NCBI GenBank assembly: GCA_965220985.1
Contig: OZ244854.1
Coordinates: 3,823,115-3,887,114, forward strand
DNA length: 64,000 nt
Direction of reading: 5' to 3'
Source: Paracoccaceae bacterium
GTDB lineage: Bacteria > Pseudomonadota > Alphaproteobacteria > Rhodobacterales > Rhodobacteraceae
Part shown: piece after piece, positions 36,618-47,300 of the stretch
Position numbering within the stretch: position 1 is the stretch's first letter
How the letters are laid out: each line of letters starts with the position of its first letter
Notes under the pieces: generated by a model
What the model saw: the letters and a program-made list of their open reading frames with translations, nothing else
Told to the model about the DNA's origin: nothing
Database searches by the model: none
Program-made: the position numbers and the translations under genes

Positions 36618-37376
36618 TCAGAGCCTCCGCCACGGCAACAGGATGCGTTCAAGGAACGCGACCCCGAAACTCAAAAGGACGCCAATCAAGGACGCAACGA
36701 AGAGAATCGCGAACAGGAACGGCGTGTTGGGGCCGTCCATCGCGCGCAAAACGAGATAGCCGAGCCCATTTTGCGAGTTCAGCCATTCGACCACGATGAC
36801 CACGGTCACAGCGATCACGATCGTGATGCGCAGACCCGAGAAAATGCTAGGCGCGGCTGACGGGAGTTCAAACAGGCGAAAGGTCTGCCACCACGACGCG
36901 CCGACAGATCGGCTCAGGTAGTATTGCCGCGGGTCGATGGACTTGAAGCCGGTGACACTGTCGACGAGCACCGGAAAGAAAGTGATCAGCCCGGTCAGGA
37001 TGACCTTTGGCGTATCCGCAAAGCCGAACCAGACGAGCATGAGCGGGGCGAGCGTGATCTTGGGCAGGCCCTGGATGAAAACGACGATCGGATAAAGGAT
37101 CTGCTCGGCCAATCGAAACTTTGCGATCAGATACCCAAGGATGATCCCCGGCAGAGCCCCGGCGACGAAGCCGTAAAGAATGAGCTTGGTGGTGATCAGC
37201 CCGTGGAGAAACAGGCGGTGGCGTTCCTCGATCAGGTCCGCCAGAAAGTCCGTTGGTGCAGGCAAGACGAAGATCGGCACCTGCAAGACGCGAACGAGCA
37301 TTTGCCATATCAGCAAGAGCCCGGCGAACCACAGTAGTGGCTCGATCACCCTCGACATGCGGGCTCTGGCGCTCAT
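36618..37376 (-). CDS. NitT/TauT-family ABC transporter permease (second)
   Basis: A multi-pass membrane protein with SRSVGASWWQTFRLFELPSAAP. ATGA overlap with the iclR stop. Confidence 0.8.
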   Translation of the reverse strand: MSARARMSRVIEPLLWFAGLLLIWQMLVRVLQVPIFVLPAPTDFLADLIEERHRLFLHGLITTKLILYGFVAGALPGIILGYLIAKFRLAEQILYPIVVFIQGLPKITLAPLMLVWFGFADTPKVILTGLITFFPVLVDSVTGFKSIDPRQYYLSRSVGASWWQTFRLFELPSAAPSIFSGLRITIVIAVTVVIVVEWLNSQNGLGYLVLRAMDGPNTPFLFAILFVASLIGVLLSFGVAFLERILLPWRRL

Positions 37377-38209
37377 GTTGCCAACCCGTCGGTTGCGTCA
37401 TCCAGCGAGACGCCGTGAGACGAGGTGCGCTGGCGCATGCGCAACGGCCAAAGCGCGCTGATCTCCTGCGATGCGGCCTGCAACGCCGCGACCAGAGTTG
37501 GCCAGCGGTCGGGATGAATGCGAATCGTCGGCCCGGCAATGGAGATCGTGCCCGCGACCGGCGCCGCTTCGTCCGGACCGGAACGGAATGTCACTGCCAG
37601 CGCCGAGGTCCCCGCCTCGGCCTCTTCGACCGACGCGCCAAATCCCTGTTCTCGGGTTTCCGCCAATCTTGCGCGCAGTTCATCCACAGTGCGAGCGCTG
37701 TTTGGCCCCAAGGCACGGTTGGCCGTGAAGCCTCGGGAATAGACGATGGAAAGCGCCTGTTCCTCGGGCAACGTTGCAAGCCATGCCTTGCCATTGGCGG
37801 TCGCGTGCAAAACGATTTCTTGCCCCATGTCGGGGTCATAGCGCAGCCCCGAGACTGCCCCCTGTGCACGCGCCACCCAGACGAGATCCTCGCCCTCCAG
37901 AATTGCCAGGCGGCAGTATTCCTGCGTCGCTTTCGCCAGATTTGACAGGGCCGACTGCACCACGTCCGGCACGTTGCGACCATCGAGGTTCCGAAACGCC
38001 AAGGTGCTCATGCGCAGTGACAAGGCATAGTTTTGGGATGCCGGGTCCTGCACCACCCAGCCGTGTTCAACGAGGGTGGTCAGCAGTCGATGTGCTGCGC
38101 TTGGTGCAATGTCGAGGCGCGCCGCCAGTTTGTGCACCTCGATCGGCGCGCGTTCGCTGGCCAAGACCTCCAGCATGGAGAGGCATCTGGAAACGGCTGC
38201 TACGGTCAT
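37373..38209 (-). CDS. IclR-family transcriptional regulator
   Basis: The HTH reads LEVLASERAPIEVHKLAARLDIAPSAAHRLLTTL and is followed by an IclR effector domain. A GGAGAA RBS is present. Confidence 0.85.
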   Translation of the reverse strand: MTVAAVSRCLSMLEVLASERAPIEVHKLAARLDIAPSAAHRLLTTLVEHGWVVQDPASQNYALSLRMSTLAFRNLDGRNVPDVVQSALSNLAKATQEYCRLAILEGEDLVWVARAQGAVSGLRYDPDMGQEIVLHATANGKAWLATLPEEQALSIVYSRGFTANRALGPNSARTVDELRARLAETREQGFGASVEEAEAGTSALAVTFRSGPDEAAPVAGTISIAGPTIRIHPDRWPTLVAALQAASQEISALWPLRMRQRTSSHGVSLDDATDGLAT

Positions 38210-38250
38210 GCGTCAATTCTCCGTCAGCGATCAGTACAACATTCTCGTCC

Positions 38251-38273
38251 AAATTGGAACATGATTCCAATTT
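38251..38273. promoter_or_regulatory. candidate IclR auto-operator AAATTGGAA-CATGA-TTCCAATTT
   Basis: A perfect 9-5-9 inverted repeat lies 42-64 nt upstream of the iclR ATG. It shares TTGGAA-N5-TTCCAA with the site at 30178-30194. Confidence 0.45.
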
Positions 38274-38521
38274 TGAGATCAGCACCAATTTGAGGCGCCT
38301 CGATGAAGTCGCGAGCGTTGGGGACAAATTTTCCCTGCGGCACTCCTCTGACGACGCCAAAGCCTTGAGGACCGTGCCCCGCCCCGCCAGACCTTTGGCG
38401 ACGCCAGTGGGTTGAATTGCTGCGACGGTCATGCCCACTGGAACGTCATCGTGTACCATGGCGTCGTGCTCGAAATCTTCTGTATCGAGCCCCTTGGAAG
38501 CGCCGACAAGGAGTGACGCAG

Positions 38522-38879
38522 ATGCACGAGATGGTGTCGATCCCGAAGGACGAACACCTCCGCCTCGGGTCGAGCGACGAAGACTTGGCCGACTTGCGTC
38601 GTTCTACCGAGGTACTTGACCGCATCATATCGGGCGAAGAAGAACTGGTGCCCGAGGCCGTCGTTAACCGCCTTGCTCGGTGGGGAAGCCCCTCTTGCGG
38701 TGTGGCATGAACATCGCCAACTTTCGCGACTCGAGTTGGCTCGGCGTTCGGGTGTCAACCGCTTTCAGATCATCGACATCGAGGCGGGGCGAAAAACTGG
38801 CTCCGTTGCCACGCTGAGGAAACTCGCGATGACGCTTGAGGTTGATCTCGACGATCTGGTGGCACTTCCTCAAGGCTGA
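38522..38879 (+). pseudogene. XRE-family HTH antitoxin-like gene interrupted by a frameshift
   Basis: The N-terminal part MHEMVSIPKDEHLRLGSSDEDLADLRRSTEVLDRIISGEEELVPEAVVNR is in one frame. The HTH part LLGGEAPLAVWHEHRQLSRLELARRSGVNRFQIIDIEAGRKTGSVATLRKLAMTLEVDLDDLV is in another. They switch near 38665-38680. Confidence 0.55.
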
Positions 38880-39009
38880 CCCGCGCCCCTGAGGTCTGCG
38901 TAAGGGTCAACTTGACTGTCGCATGCAATTTGGTGACGTCCTGTAAGGCATCCGTGTTCGTTGCGGTGCAGACCAGACAAGTGCCGACGTCTCCTGTACA
39001 ACTCCGCTC

Positions 39010-40020
39010 ATGAAAGCCTCCACGATTCTCGATTTTGCGAAACCGCTGGCTCTGCTGACCGCATGCCCTGCCTATCGTCCAAGTCCATTGGCGACTTGCA
39101 GTTTTCGGGGACGATCCATCCTGATCAAGGATGAAACCGACAGGATGGGATTGGGCGCATTCAAGGCGCTCGGCGGCGTTTACGCTGTCGCCAAACTGAT
39201 TGAAGCGCGCGTTGGTCACCCTTTGGAACCAAGTGCCTTTCTGGATGATCCCGTCAAGGACATTGCCCGAACGATGAGTTTTGTCTGTGCCAGCGCGGGC
39301 AATCATGGCTTGGCCGTGGCGGCCGGTGCACGCATTTTTGGCGCAAGTGCCCGCATTCATCTCGCCAAAACGGTTCCGGAGAACTTTGCCGTTCGTCTGC
39401 GGGAAAAGGGCGCAGAGGTTGTTCGATCTGGCGACGATTACGAAGCGAGCGTTGCGGCAGCCATTGCCGATGCCGAAGCAACCGGCGCCATCCACCTCGC
39501 TGATGGATCCTGGCCCGGGTATACGGAACCTCCTCGGCTGGTGATGGAAGGCTACACCGTCATGGCTGAAGAAATCCGCGAGGCGTTGGAAGATTCCGGA
39601 ACGTGGCCGAGCCACGTGTATTTGCAGGCTGGCGTTGGCGGGTTTGCAGCGGGGGTTGCCTACATGATTCGGTCGAACTGGGCGGTCCAGCCAAGAATCG
39701 TGGTCGTCGAACCGGAAGCGGCGCCTTGCCTCGGTGAAAGCGCCCGAGCGGGAGAGATCGTCACTGTCGATGGGCCCGTGTCAAACATGGGGCGGCTGGA
39801 CTGCAAAACGCCATCCATGCTGGCTTTCGACATTTTGAAACAGCGTGCTGACGACTGGGTCACGATCAGTGATCAGATGGCCCTGGACGCTGTTGAACAT
39901 GCTCGCGACCTGGGCTTCTCCACGACACCTTCTGGCGTCGCGGGGCTTGCAGCCTGTTTGTCGGACGATGCCGAATTGCCGTTGGCAATCCTGTCCGAAG
40001 GGAGTGTTCCCGATGATTGA
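39010..40020 (+). CDS. diaminopropionate ammonia-lyase-like PLP enzyme
   Basis: Contains GLGAFKALGG (PLP lysine context) and SAGNHG. Confidence 0.7.
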   Translation: MKASTILDFAKPLALLTACPAYRPSPLATCSFRGRSILIKDETDRMGLGAFKALGGVYAVAKLIEARVGHPLEPSAFLDDPVKDIARTMSFVCASAGNHGLAVAAGARIFGASARIHLAKTVPENFAVRLREKGAEVVRSGDDYEASVAAAIADAEATGAIHLADGSWPGYTEPPRLVMEGYTVMAEEIREALEDSGTWPSHVYLQAGVGGFAAGVAYMIRSNWAVQPRIVVVEPEAAPCLGESARAGEIVTVDGPVSNMGRLDCKTPSMLAFDILKQRADDWVTISDQMALDAVEHARDLGFSTTPSGVAGLAACLSDDAELPLAILSEGSVPDD

Positions 40021-41137
40021 TCTTGCCACATTTCGTCGGGATTTGCATGCCCATCCAGAAACCGGTTTCGATCTCGAGCGGACATCGAGTCTGATCGCGA
40101 CGGAGTTGGAATGCGCAGGGCTTGAAGTCGTCCGTCACGTGGGCCGGACCGGGGTCGTTGCCACTTTGTGGCGTGGTCCTGACGAAACCGCAATCGGCTT
40201 TCGTGCCGACATGGACGCGCTACCAATACAAGAGACCACAAACTTGCCGTATCGCTCGAAAACCGAAGGCAAGTTTCATGGTTGCGGACATGATGGCCAC
40301 AGCACAATGCTGCTGGGCGCCGCTCTGAAGCTCGCAGCGGACCCAACTCTTGCGCGTACCATTCACTTCATCTTTCAGCCGGACGAGGAGAACGGGAACG
40401 GGGCGTCAGCGATGATCGCCGACGGTTTGTTCGAGCGCTTTCCAATGGGAGCGATCTTCGGCCTTCACAACATGCCCGGAATGGAGCTTGGACACTTTGC
40501 CACGCAGGCGGGGCCGTTCTGCGCGTTCGAGGACAATTTCGAGATCCGCATTCAAGGCCAAGGCGGGCACGCTTCCATGCCGGAGAAAGGCGTTGATCCG
40601 ATTGTGACGGGGTCCGCGATTGTCTTGCAGCTGCAGTCGGTCGTCTCGCGCTCGCTGCCACCTCGGGAACACTGTGTGGTCTCGGTCACGGAATTCGTGA
40701 CGGACGGCGCGCGCAACGTCCTGCCGAGCAATGCAACCCTGCGGGGAGACTGCCGAGGGTTTACCAAGGATGTATCCGACACCATCGAGCGCAAAATGCG
40801 TGCCATTGTCGACGGCGTATGCGCAGCACAAGGGGCGGAGGCGCACGTCGAATACTCCACTTCATTCCGGCCACTGGTCAACGATGCCAAGGCCACCGAG
40901 ATGATCGCGGACGCAGCCCGCGATGTCGGAATTTGTGACGCAAATTATGGTCGGGTGGGGTTTTCCGAGGACTTTGCCGAGTTTCTTGCGAATTGTCCGG
41001 GGGCATTCGTCCTGATGGGTAACGGGGTGGAGGGGAACCACTCGATGCCGCTTCACAACCCTTCATATGACTTCAACGATGAAGCGATCGATCACGGAAT
41101 TGCGTTCTGGACCAGCCTTGCTCGGGGAGGGTCTTGA
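40013..41137 (+). CDS. M20-family amidohydrolase (N-acyl-amino-acid / hippurate hydrolase-like)
   Basis: Contains LHAHPETGF and FHGCGHDGH. The ATG at 40013 overlaps the upstream stop (ATGATTGA). Confidence 0.8.
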   Translation: MIDLATFRRDLHAHPETGFDLERTSSLIATELECAGLEVVRHVGRTGVVATLWRGPDETAIGFRADMDALPIQETTNLPYRSKTEGKFHGCGHDGHSTMLLGAALKLAADPTLARTIHFIFQPDEENGNGASAMIADGLFERFPMGAIFGLHNMPGMELGHFATQAGPFCAFEDNFEIRIQGQGGHASMPEKGVDPIVTGSAIVLQLQSVVSRSLPPREHCVVSVTEFVTDGARNVLPSNATLRGDCRGFTKDVSDTIERKMRAIVDGVCAAQGAEAHVEYSTSFRPLVNDAKATEMIADAARDVGICDANYGRVGFSEDFAEFLANCPGAFVLMGNGVEGNHSMPLHNPSYDFNDEAIDHGIAFWTSLARGGS

Positions 41138-41303
41138 TCCCGCCGCAGGCATCGAAATGTCCTTTCAGAGAGACGGATTGCGCCCGCCGCCCCGCCTATC
41201 GCGGAAACGCTTCATGGCACTGCCGCACGATCGCGCATTGACTCTGCGTGACAGCGTCGAAGCCACATCCAGCTTCTACTTCTGTTCACGGCACAGGAAG
41301 TCC

Positions 41304-44300
41304 TCACCAGCGCATTCTTATCCGGACACCTATGCCGTGCTGCGACTGCCCATCTTCCGCATGCTGTTGCGCCACCTCCAGCATCGCATCAAATCCATCC
41401 GAATCGTCCCTGCGCAACTGCCACCCCAACGTGTATTCGTGGACATTTTCGCTCCAGCCCACACCGAAGCCCGGAATCGACACAAAACGATCCCCTAGCA
41501 CACCGAATCCATATCCCACATCCATCCGCCAGTACTGCGCATGATCGCCCTCGTTCACATTGACAGTCCCACCGACACCTTCCTCAATCCGCCGACCAAC
41601 GACATCCGTGTCCGAACCGCGCAAACCGCTCGCAATCTCCAGTGTCGCTCCCCGCTGCGTCTCGGGTCTTGGATCCCACGAAAACGATCCTGAAATACTA
41701 TGCTCCCGGTACTCATCTTCCTGGTGCATCAGCATTCCACGCGCTTGCACGTTCGCGGATATCCCTCGAACCGGGTCCATCCACTCAAGGCTACCCTCAA
41801 GCTCCGCTCCCAGACCTTTCTCCGCGTCTCCTCCGTCATGGCGCAAATTCATCCGTGCACTCGGTCGCAGCCAGCCTTCTCCCGACTTCAATGCATTCCA
41901 GCTACTTTCCATTCCGAAACGCAGCCTCGATACATCGGTTTGGGTCTTCGCCAACTCATCGCCGACCGCATCCGAACCACTACGCACATACATCCCGTCT
42001 CCGACCAGTGCCAACGCGGGCCATCCGCCGTTGGCCTCGCGCCATACACCACGCAATCCTCCGGCCAACATCAGCATGTCCGTATCCGCACTCAACGTCG
42101 CCTCACCCTCGCGTTTCAGCTCCAGTTCTCCTTGGGCGTATCCCGCCGTGCCCCAAATCGTGATCCGCTCATTCAAGCGGTGACTGGCATACGGATAGAT
42201 GCCGTACAGGCTCGAATCGATCTCTCCGTCTTCAGCCTTCCCGTCGCTGTATTCGCCAGTTCCCCAGCTGTGTGAAAACATGACCCCCAGAACACGGTCA
42301 GAACTCGAGGTGTCCACACCCAGCATCAAACTGTTGACATCCCCATCCACATCCAGCGCACCCTCACGCCCCTCAAAGCTCGATACTGTTCCGCGCCCCC
42401 ATATCGAACGCACACTTGTGCCCGCATCACCGCTGCTATGGCTGAAGGAAGATCCACGCAGCATGTCCACATCGAGACCGCGCACAGCCGTCTCTCGGCC
42501 GGCATCCCTTGTTTCGCCTCGCGGGCTGTACCATGATTCATGCCCACGCAGGATATGGCCCGCTGACCCAGCATCCAGGCCAGCGCCGGAAAAACCGGAG
42601 GGTCGTTCGTCGCTGCCCATCGCGCCCGCTACACGTGTCACTCGAGAACGTCCCGGGGCATCCGACATGCCCGGATCCTTCGGCAAGACGTCCTGCCCGG
42701 CCAGATTCACCTGCAGAACTGCCTCACCATGCGGAACCGGTGCCCGATTCATGTCGATACGCGAACGCACGGCGTCAACCGCCTGATCGGCCGCCGTGCG
42801 TCCAAAACGCGACAGCCACGCACTGACCACACGATCAGACGACAAATTGCTAACATGGATTCTCATCACGGCTTCACCGCTCTCGGAAACCTCGTCTTTT
42901 GCCTTGAAAGTGAACATCGCATAGTTGCGCATCTGCGCATCCACACGCGGGGTGAATACCAGTGCACCGGCGTCCAGATGGGCAATGGTTACTTCCTGGC
43001 CTGCACTCACATTCACGCCGTTCAGTTGCAGCAGGCTGCCTTCAGGCAGGCTTCCCGGGTCCCCGATCGTGATGCTTGACAGCGCATCCCCGTCGGGATC
43101 CGAATACCGGAAGTCGCTTGCCTTGAACACATATCCCGGATCATCCGGGGAACGACGTGGAGGCATGCGTACCGAACTGTCGGAAACGACCGGCGAACTG
43201 TTGATCACATCAATTGTCATTGTATAGACAGCGTCACTGTCCACATAGCCATCGTTCACCTTGAACGTGAAACTCGCGAAACCGTCACCGTACTTGTCTT
43301 TCGGCGGGCGATACTCCAGCTTGCCGTCCAGGATGTCCGTCCTGCCAATCCGCATTTCGGAACGGATTGGCGAACTCTCACCTTCAAGCCGAAGCTCCCC
43401 CTTGCCCGATGTGGGCCACGTCTCGATCTTCACTTGCGCGAGCGAGTCACCATCCGAATCCGTGAACCCGAAATCATCCACTTGGAACGTATAGTATTGG
43501 TTGGGGCGGGTCTGCACTGCATTGTCCGAAGCACTCGGGAATTTGTTGCCTGTTGCATTCACCACGATTTCGAATGTTTCACTTGCAGTGCCGCCCTTGC
43601 CGTCACTTGCCGTCACCACGACCGATACCCTCGCCGCGGAAGTCGGCGTCCCCGAGATGCTTCGCGTGACGGGGTTGAAGCTCAGCCATGAGGGCAGTTC
43701 GCTGCCATCGGACAGCTCCGCCGTGTAGCTCAGCGGGTCGCTGTCCGTATCCGCGAAGGTGTCCGCAGGGACGATGTAGCTGAATGCCTCGCCAACTGTC
43801 GCAGCTTGGTCCGGAACCTCGTTCGCAACCGTCGGCGCGGTGTTCACAGCGATGTCAAAGGTATCGCTGACCGACCCGCCCCTACCGTCGCTTGCCGTCA
43901 CCTGTACCGAAACTGAACCGGCATCCGCATCCGAAGACTGCAGCGTGCCAGCGAAGCTCCTCGTGCCCGGGGTGAAGCTCAACCACGAGGGCAGTGGACT
44001 GCCATCGGACTGCTCCGCCGTGTAGCGGAGCGTGTCGCTGTCGGCGTCCGCGAAGGTGTTCGCCGGGAAAGTGTAGCTGAACGCGTTGTCCACTGTCGCA
44101 GTCTGGTCCGGGATCTCGTTTGCAACCGTCGGAACGGTGTTCACCACGATGTCGAAGGTGTCGCTGACCGACCCGCCCCTGCCATCGTTTGCCGTGACCT
44201 TCACCGATGTCGTGCCCCCGGAAGTCGGCGTGCCCGTGAAGCTCCGCGAGGCCGCAGTGAACGTCAACCACGAAGGCAGTGGACTGCCATCGGACAGTTC

Positions 44301-47300
44301 TCCCGTGTAGCTGAGTGAGTCGCTGTCGGCGTCCGCGAAGGTGCTCGCGGGGAAAGCGTAGCTGAACGCGACGTCCACTGTCGCAGCTTGGTCCGGGATC
44401 TCGTTCGCGACCGTCGGGACGCTGTTCACCGAGATGGCGAAGGTGTCGCTGACCGTGCCGCCTCTGCCGTCGCTTGCCGTCACCCGCACCGAAACCGTAC
44501 CGGCATCCGCATCCGAAGACTGCGGCGTGCCCGTGAAGCTCCTGGTGGTCGCCGTGAACGTCAGCCATGATGGCAGCGTGTTGCCATCGGACAGCTCAGC
44601 CGTGTAGCTCAAAGTGTCGTTGTCAGCGTCCGCGAAGGTGTTCGCAGGGAATGCGTAGTTGAATGCAGTGCCCACTGTCGCGATCTGGTCCGGAATCGCG
44701 TTCGCAACCGTCGGCGCGATGTTCACCGCGATGTCGAAGGTATCGCTGACCGAGCCGCCCCTGCCGTCGCTTGCCGTTACCCGTACCGAAACCGTACCGG
44801 CATCCGCATCCGAAGACTGCGGCGTGCCCGTGAAGCTCCGGGGGGTCGCCGTGAACGTCAGCCATGATGGTAGCGCGCTGCCATCGGACAGCTCAGCCGT
44901 GTAGCTCAACGTGTCGTTGTCAGAGTCCGCGAAGCTGTTCGCAGGGAATGCGTAGTTGAATGCACTGCCAACCGTCGCGACCTGATCCGGAATCGCGTTC
45001 GCAACCGTTGGCGCGTTGTTCACCGCGACGTCGAAGGTGTCGCTGACCGTCCCGCCCCTGCCGTCGCTTGCCGTCACCCGCACCGAAACCGTACCGGCAG
45101 CCGCATCCGAAGACTGCGGCGTGCCCGAAAAGCTCCGCGAGGACGCGGTGAACGTCAACCACGAAGGCAGCGGACTGCCATCGGACAGCTCTGCCGTGTA
45201 GCTGAGCGTGTCGCTGTCGGCGTCAGAGAAGGTGTTCGTCGGGAAAGCGTAGCTGAATGCACTGCCAACTGTCGCAGTCTGGTCCGGAATCTCGTTCGCA
45301 ACCGTCGGGACGGTGTTCACCGCGATGTCGAAGTTGTCGTTGACCGTGCCGCCCCTGCCGTCACGTGCGGTTACCCTCACCGAAATCGTGCCCCCGGAAG
45401 TCGGCGTTCCCGAAAAGCTCCGCGAGGACGCGGTAAATCTCAACCACGAGGGTAGCGCGCCGCCACCGGACAGCTCAGCCGAGTAGATCAGCGTGTCGCC
45501 GTCGGCGTCAGAGAAGGTATTCGCCGGGAAAGGGTAGCTAAATTCGCTGCCAACTGTCGCAGTCTGGTCCGGGATCTCGTTCGCAACCGTCGGAACGGTG
45601 TTCACCGCGATGTCGAAGGTGTCGCTGACCGTCCCGCCTCTGCCGTCGCTTGCCGTCACCTTCACCGATATCGTGCCCCCGGAAGTCGGCGTGCCCGAAA
45701 AGCTCCGCGACGACGCGGCAAACATCAACCACGAAGGCAATACACTGCCATCGGACAGCTCGGCAGCATACTTCAGCGTGTCCCTGTCCGCATCGGAGAA
45801 GGTGTTTGTCGAAAAAGCGTAGCTGAAAGCGCTGCCAACTGTCGCGACCTGGTCCGGGATCGCGTTTGCAACCGTCGGAACGGTGTTCACGGCGATGTCG
45901 AAGGTGTCGTTGACAGTCCCGCCTTTGCCATCGCTTGCGGTCACCTTCACCGATATCGTGCCCCCGGAAGTCGGCGTGCCTGCAAAGCTCCGCGTGGTCG
46001 CAGTAAATCTCAACCACGAGGGAAGTGCACTGCCATCGGACAGCTCTGCCGTGTAGCTCAGCGCGTCGCCGTCCGAGTCAGAAAAAGTGTTTGCCGAAAC
46101 AACGTAGCTGAATGCGATGCCAACCGTTGCAACCTGGTCCGGAATCGCGTTCGCAACCGTCGGTGCGGTGTTCACCGCGATGTCGAAGGTGTCGCTGACC
46201 GTCCCGCCTCTGCCGTCGCTTGCCGTCACCCGCACCGAAACCGTACCGGCATCCGCATCCGACGACTGCGGCGTGCCAGTGAAGCTACGCGTGGCCGGGG
46301 CGAACGTCAGCCACGACGGCAACCCGCCGCCATCGGACAGCTCTGCCGTGTAACTCAAAGTGTCGTTGTCGGAATCCGCGAAGGTGTTCGCCGAGACAGC
46401 GTAGCTGAATGCAATGCCCACTGTCGCGACCTGGTCTGGAATCGCGTTCGCAACCGTCGGTGCGGTGTTCACCGCGATGTCGAAGGTGTCGCTGACCGTC
46501 CCGCCTCTGCCGTCGCTCGCAGTCACCTTTACAGAAACCGTACCAGCATCCGCATCCGACGACTGCGGCGTGCCCGTGAAGCTCCGGGTGGTCGCCGTGA
46601 ACGTCAGCCATGATGGTAGCATACTGCCATCGGACAGCTCAGCCGTGTAGCTCAACGTGTCGTTGTCAGCGTCCGCGAAGCTGTTCGCAGGGAATGCGTA
46701 GTTGAATGCACTGCCAACCGTCGCGACCTGATCCGGAATCGCGTTCGCAACCGTCGGCGCGGTGTTCACCGCGACGTCGAAGGTGTCGCTGACCGTCCCG
46801 CCCCTGCCGTCGCTTGCCGTCACCCGCACCGAAACCGTACCGGCATCCGCATCCAAAGACTGTGGCGTGCCCGTGAAGCTCCGCGTGGCCGCGGTGAAGC
46901 TCAGCCACGAGGGAAGTGCACTGCCATCGGACTGCTCCGCCGTGTAGCTCAGCGTGTCGCTGTCCGCGTCCGTGAAGGTGTTGGTCGGGAATGCGTAGCT
47001 GAATGCAATGCCCACTGTCGCAACCTGGTCCGGAATCTCGTTGGCGACCGTCGGGACGGTGTTCACTGCGATGTCGAAGGTGTCACTGACCGTGCCGCCC
47101 CTGCCGTCACTCGCTGTTACCTCAACCGATATCGTGCCCCCGGAAGTCGGCGTGCCCGAAAAGCTACGCGAAGCCGCGGTGAACGCCAGCCACGAGGGAA
47201 GTGCACTGCCATCGGACTGCTCCGCCGTGTAGCTCAAAGTGTCGCCGTCGACGTCAGAGAAGGTGTTCGTCGGGAATGCGTAGCTGAACGCGATGCCCAC

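Noticed and set aside
41166-41186. Similarity between CAGAGAGACGGATTGCGCCC and the 3' part of tRNA-Ser, as a possible att remnant at the far end of the adhesin gene.
   Set aside because: It is short, needs a gap and has several mismatches. I cannot distinguish it from chance without a statistical search, so I mention it only as a weak lead.
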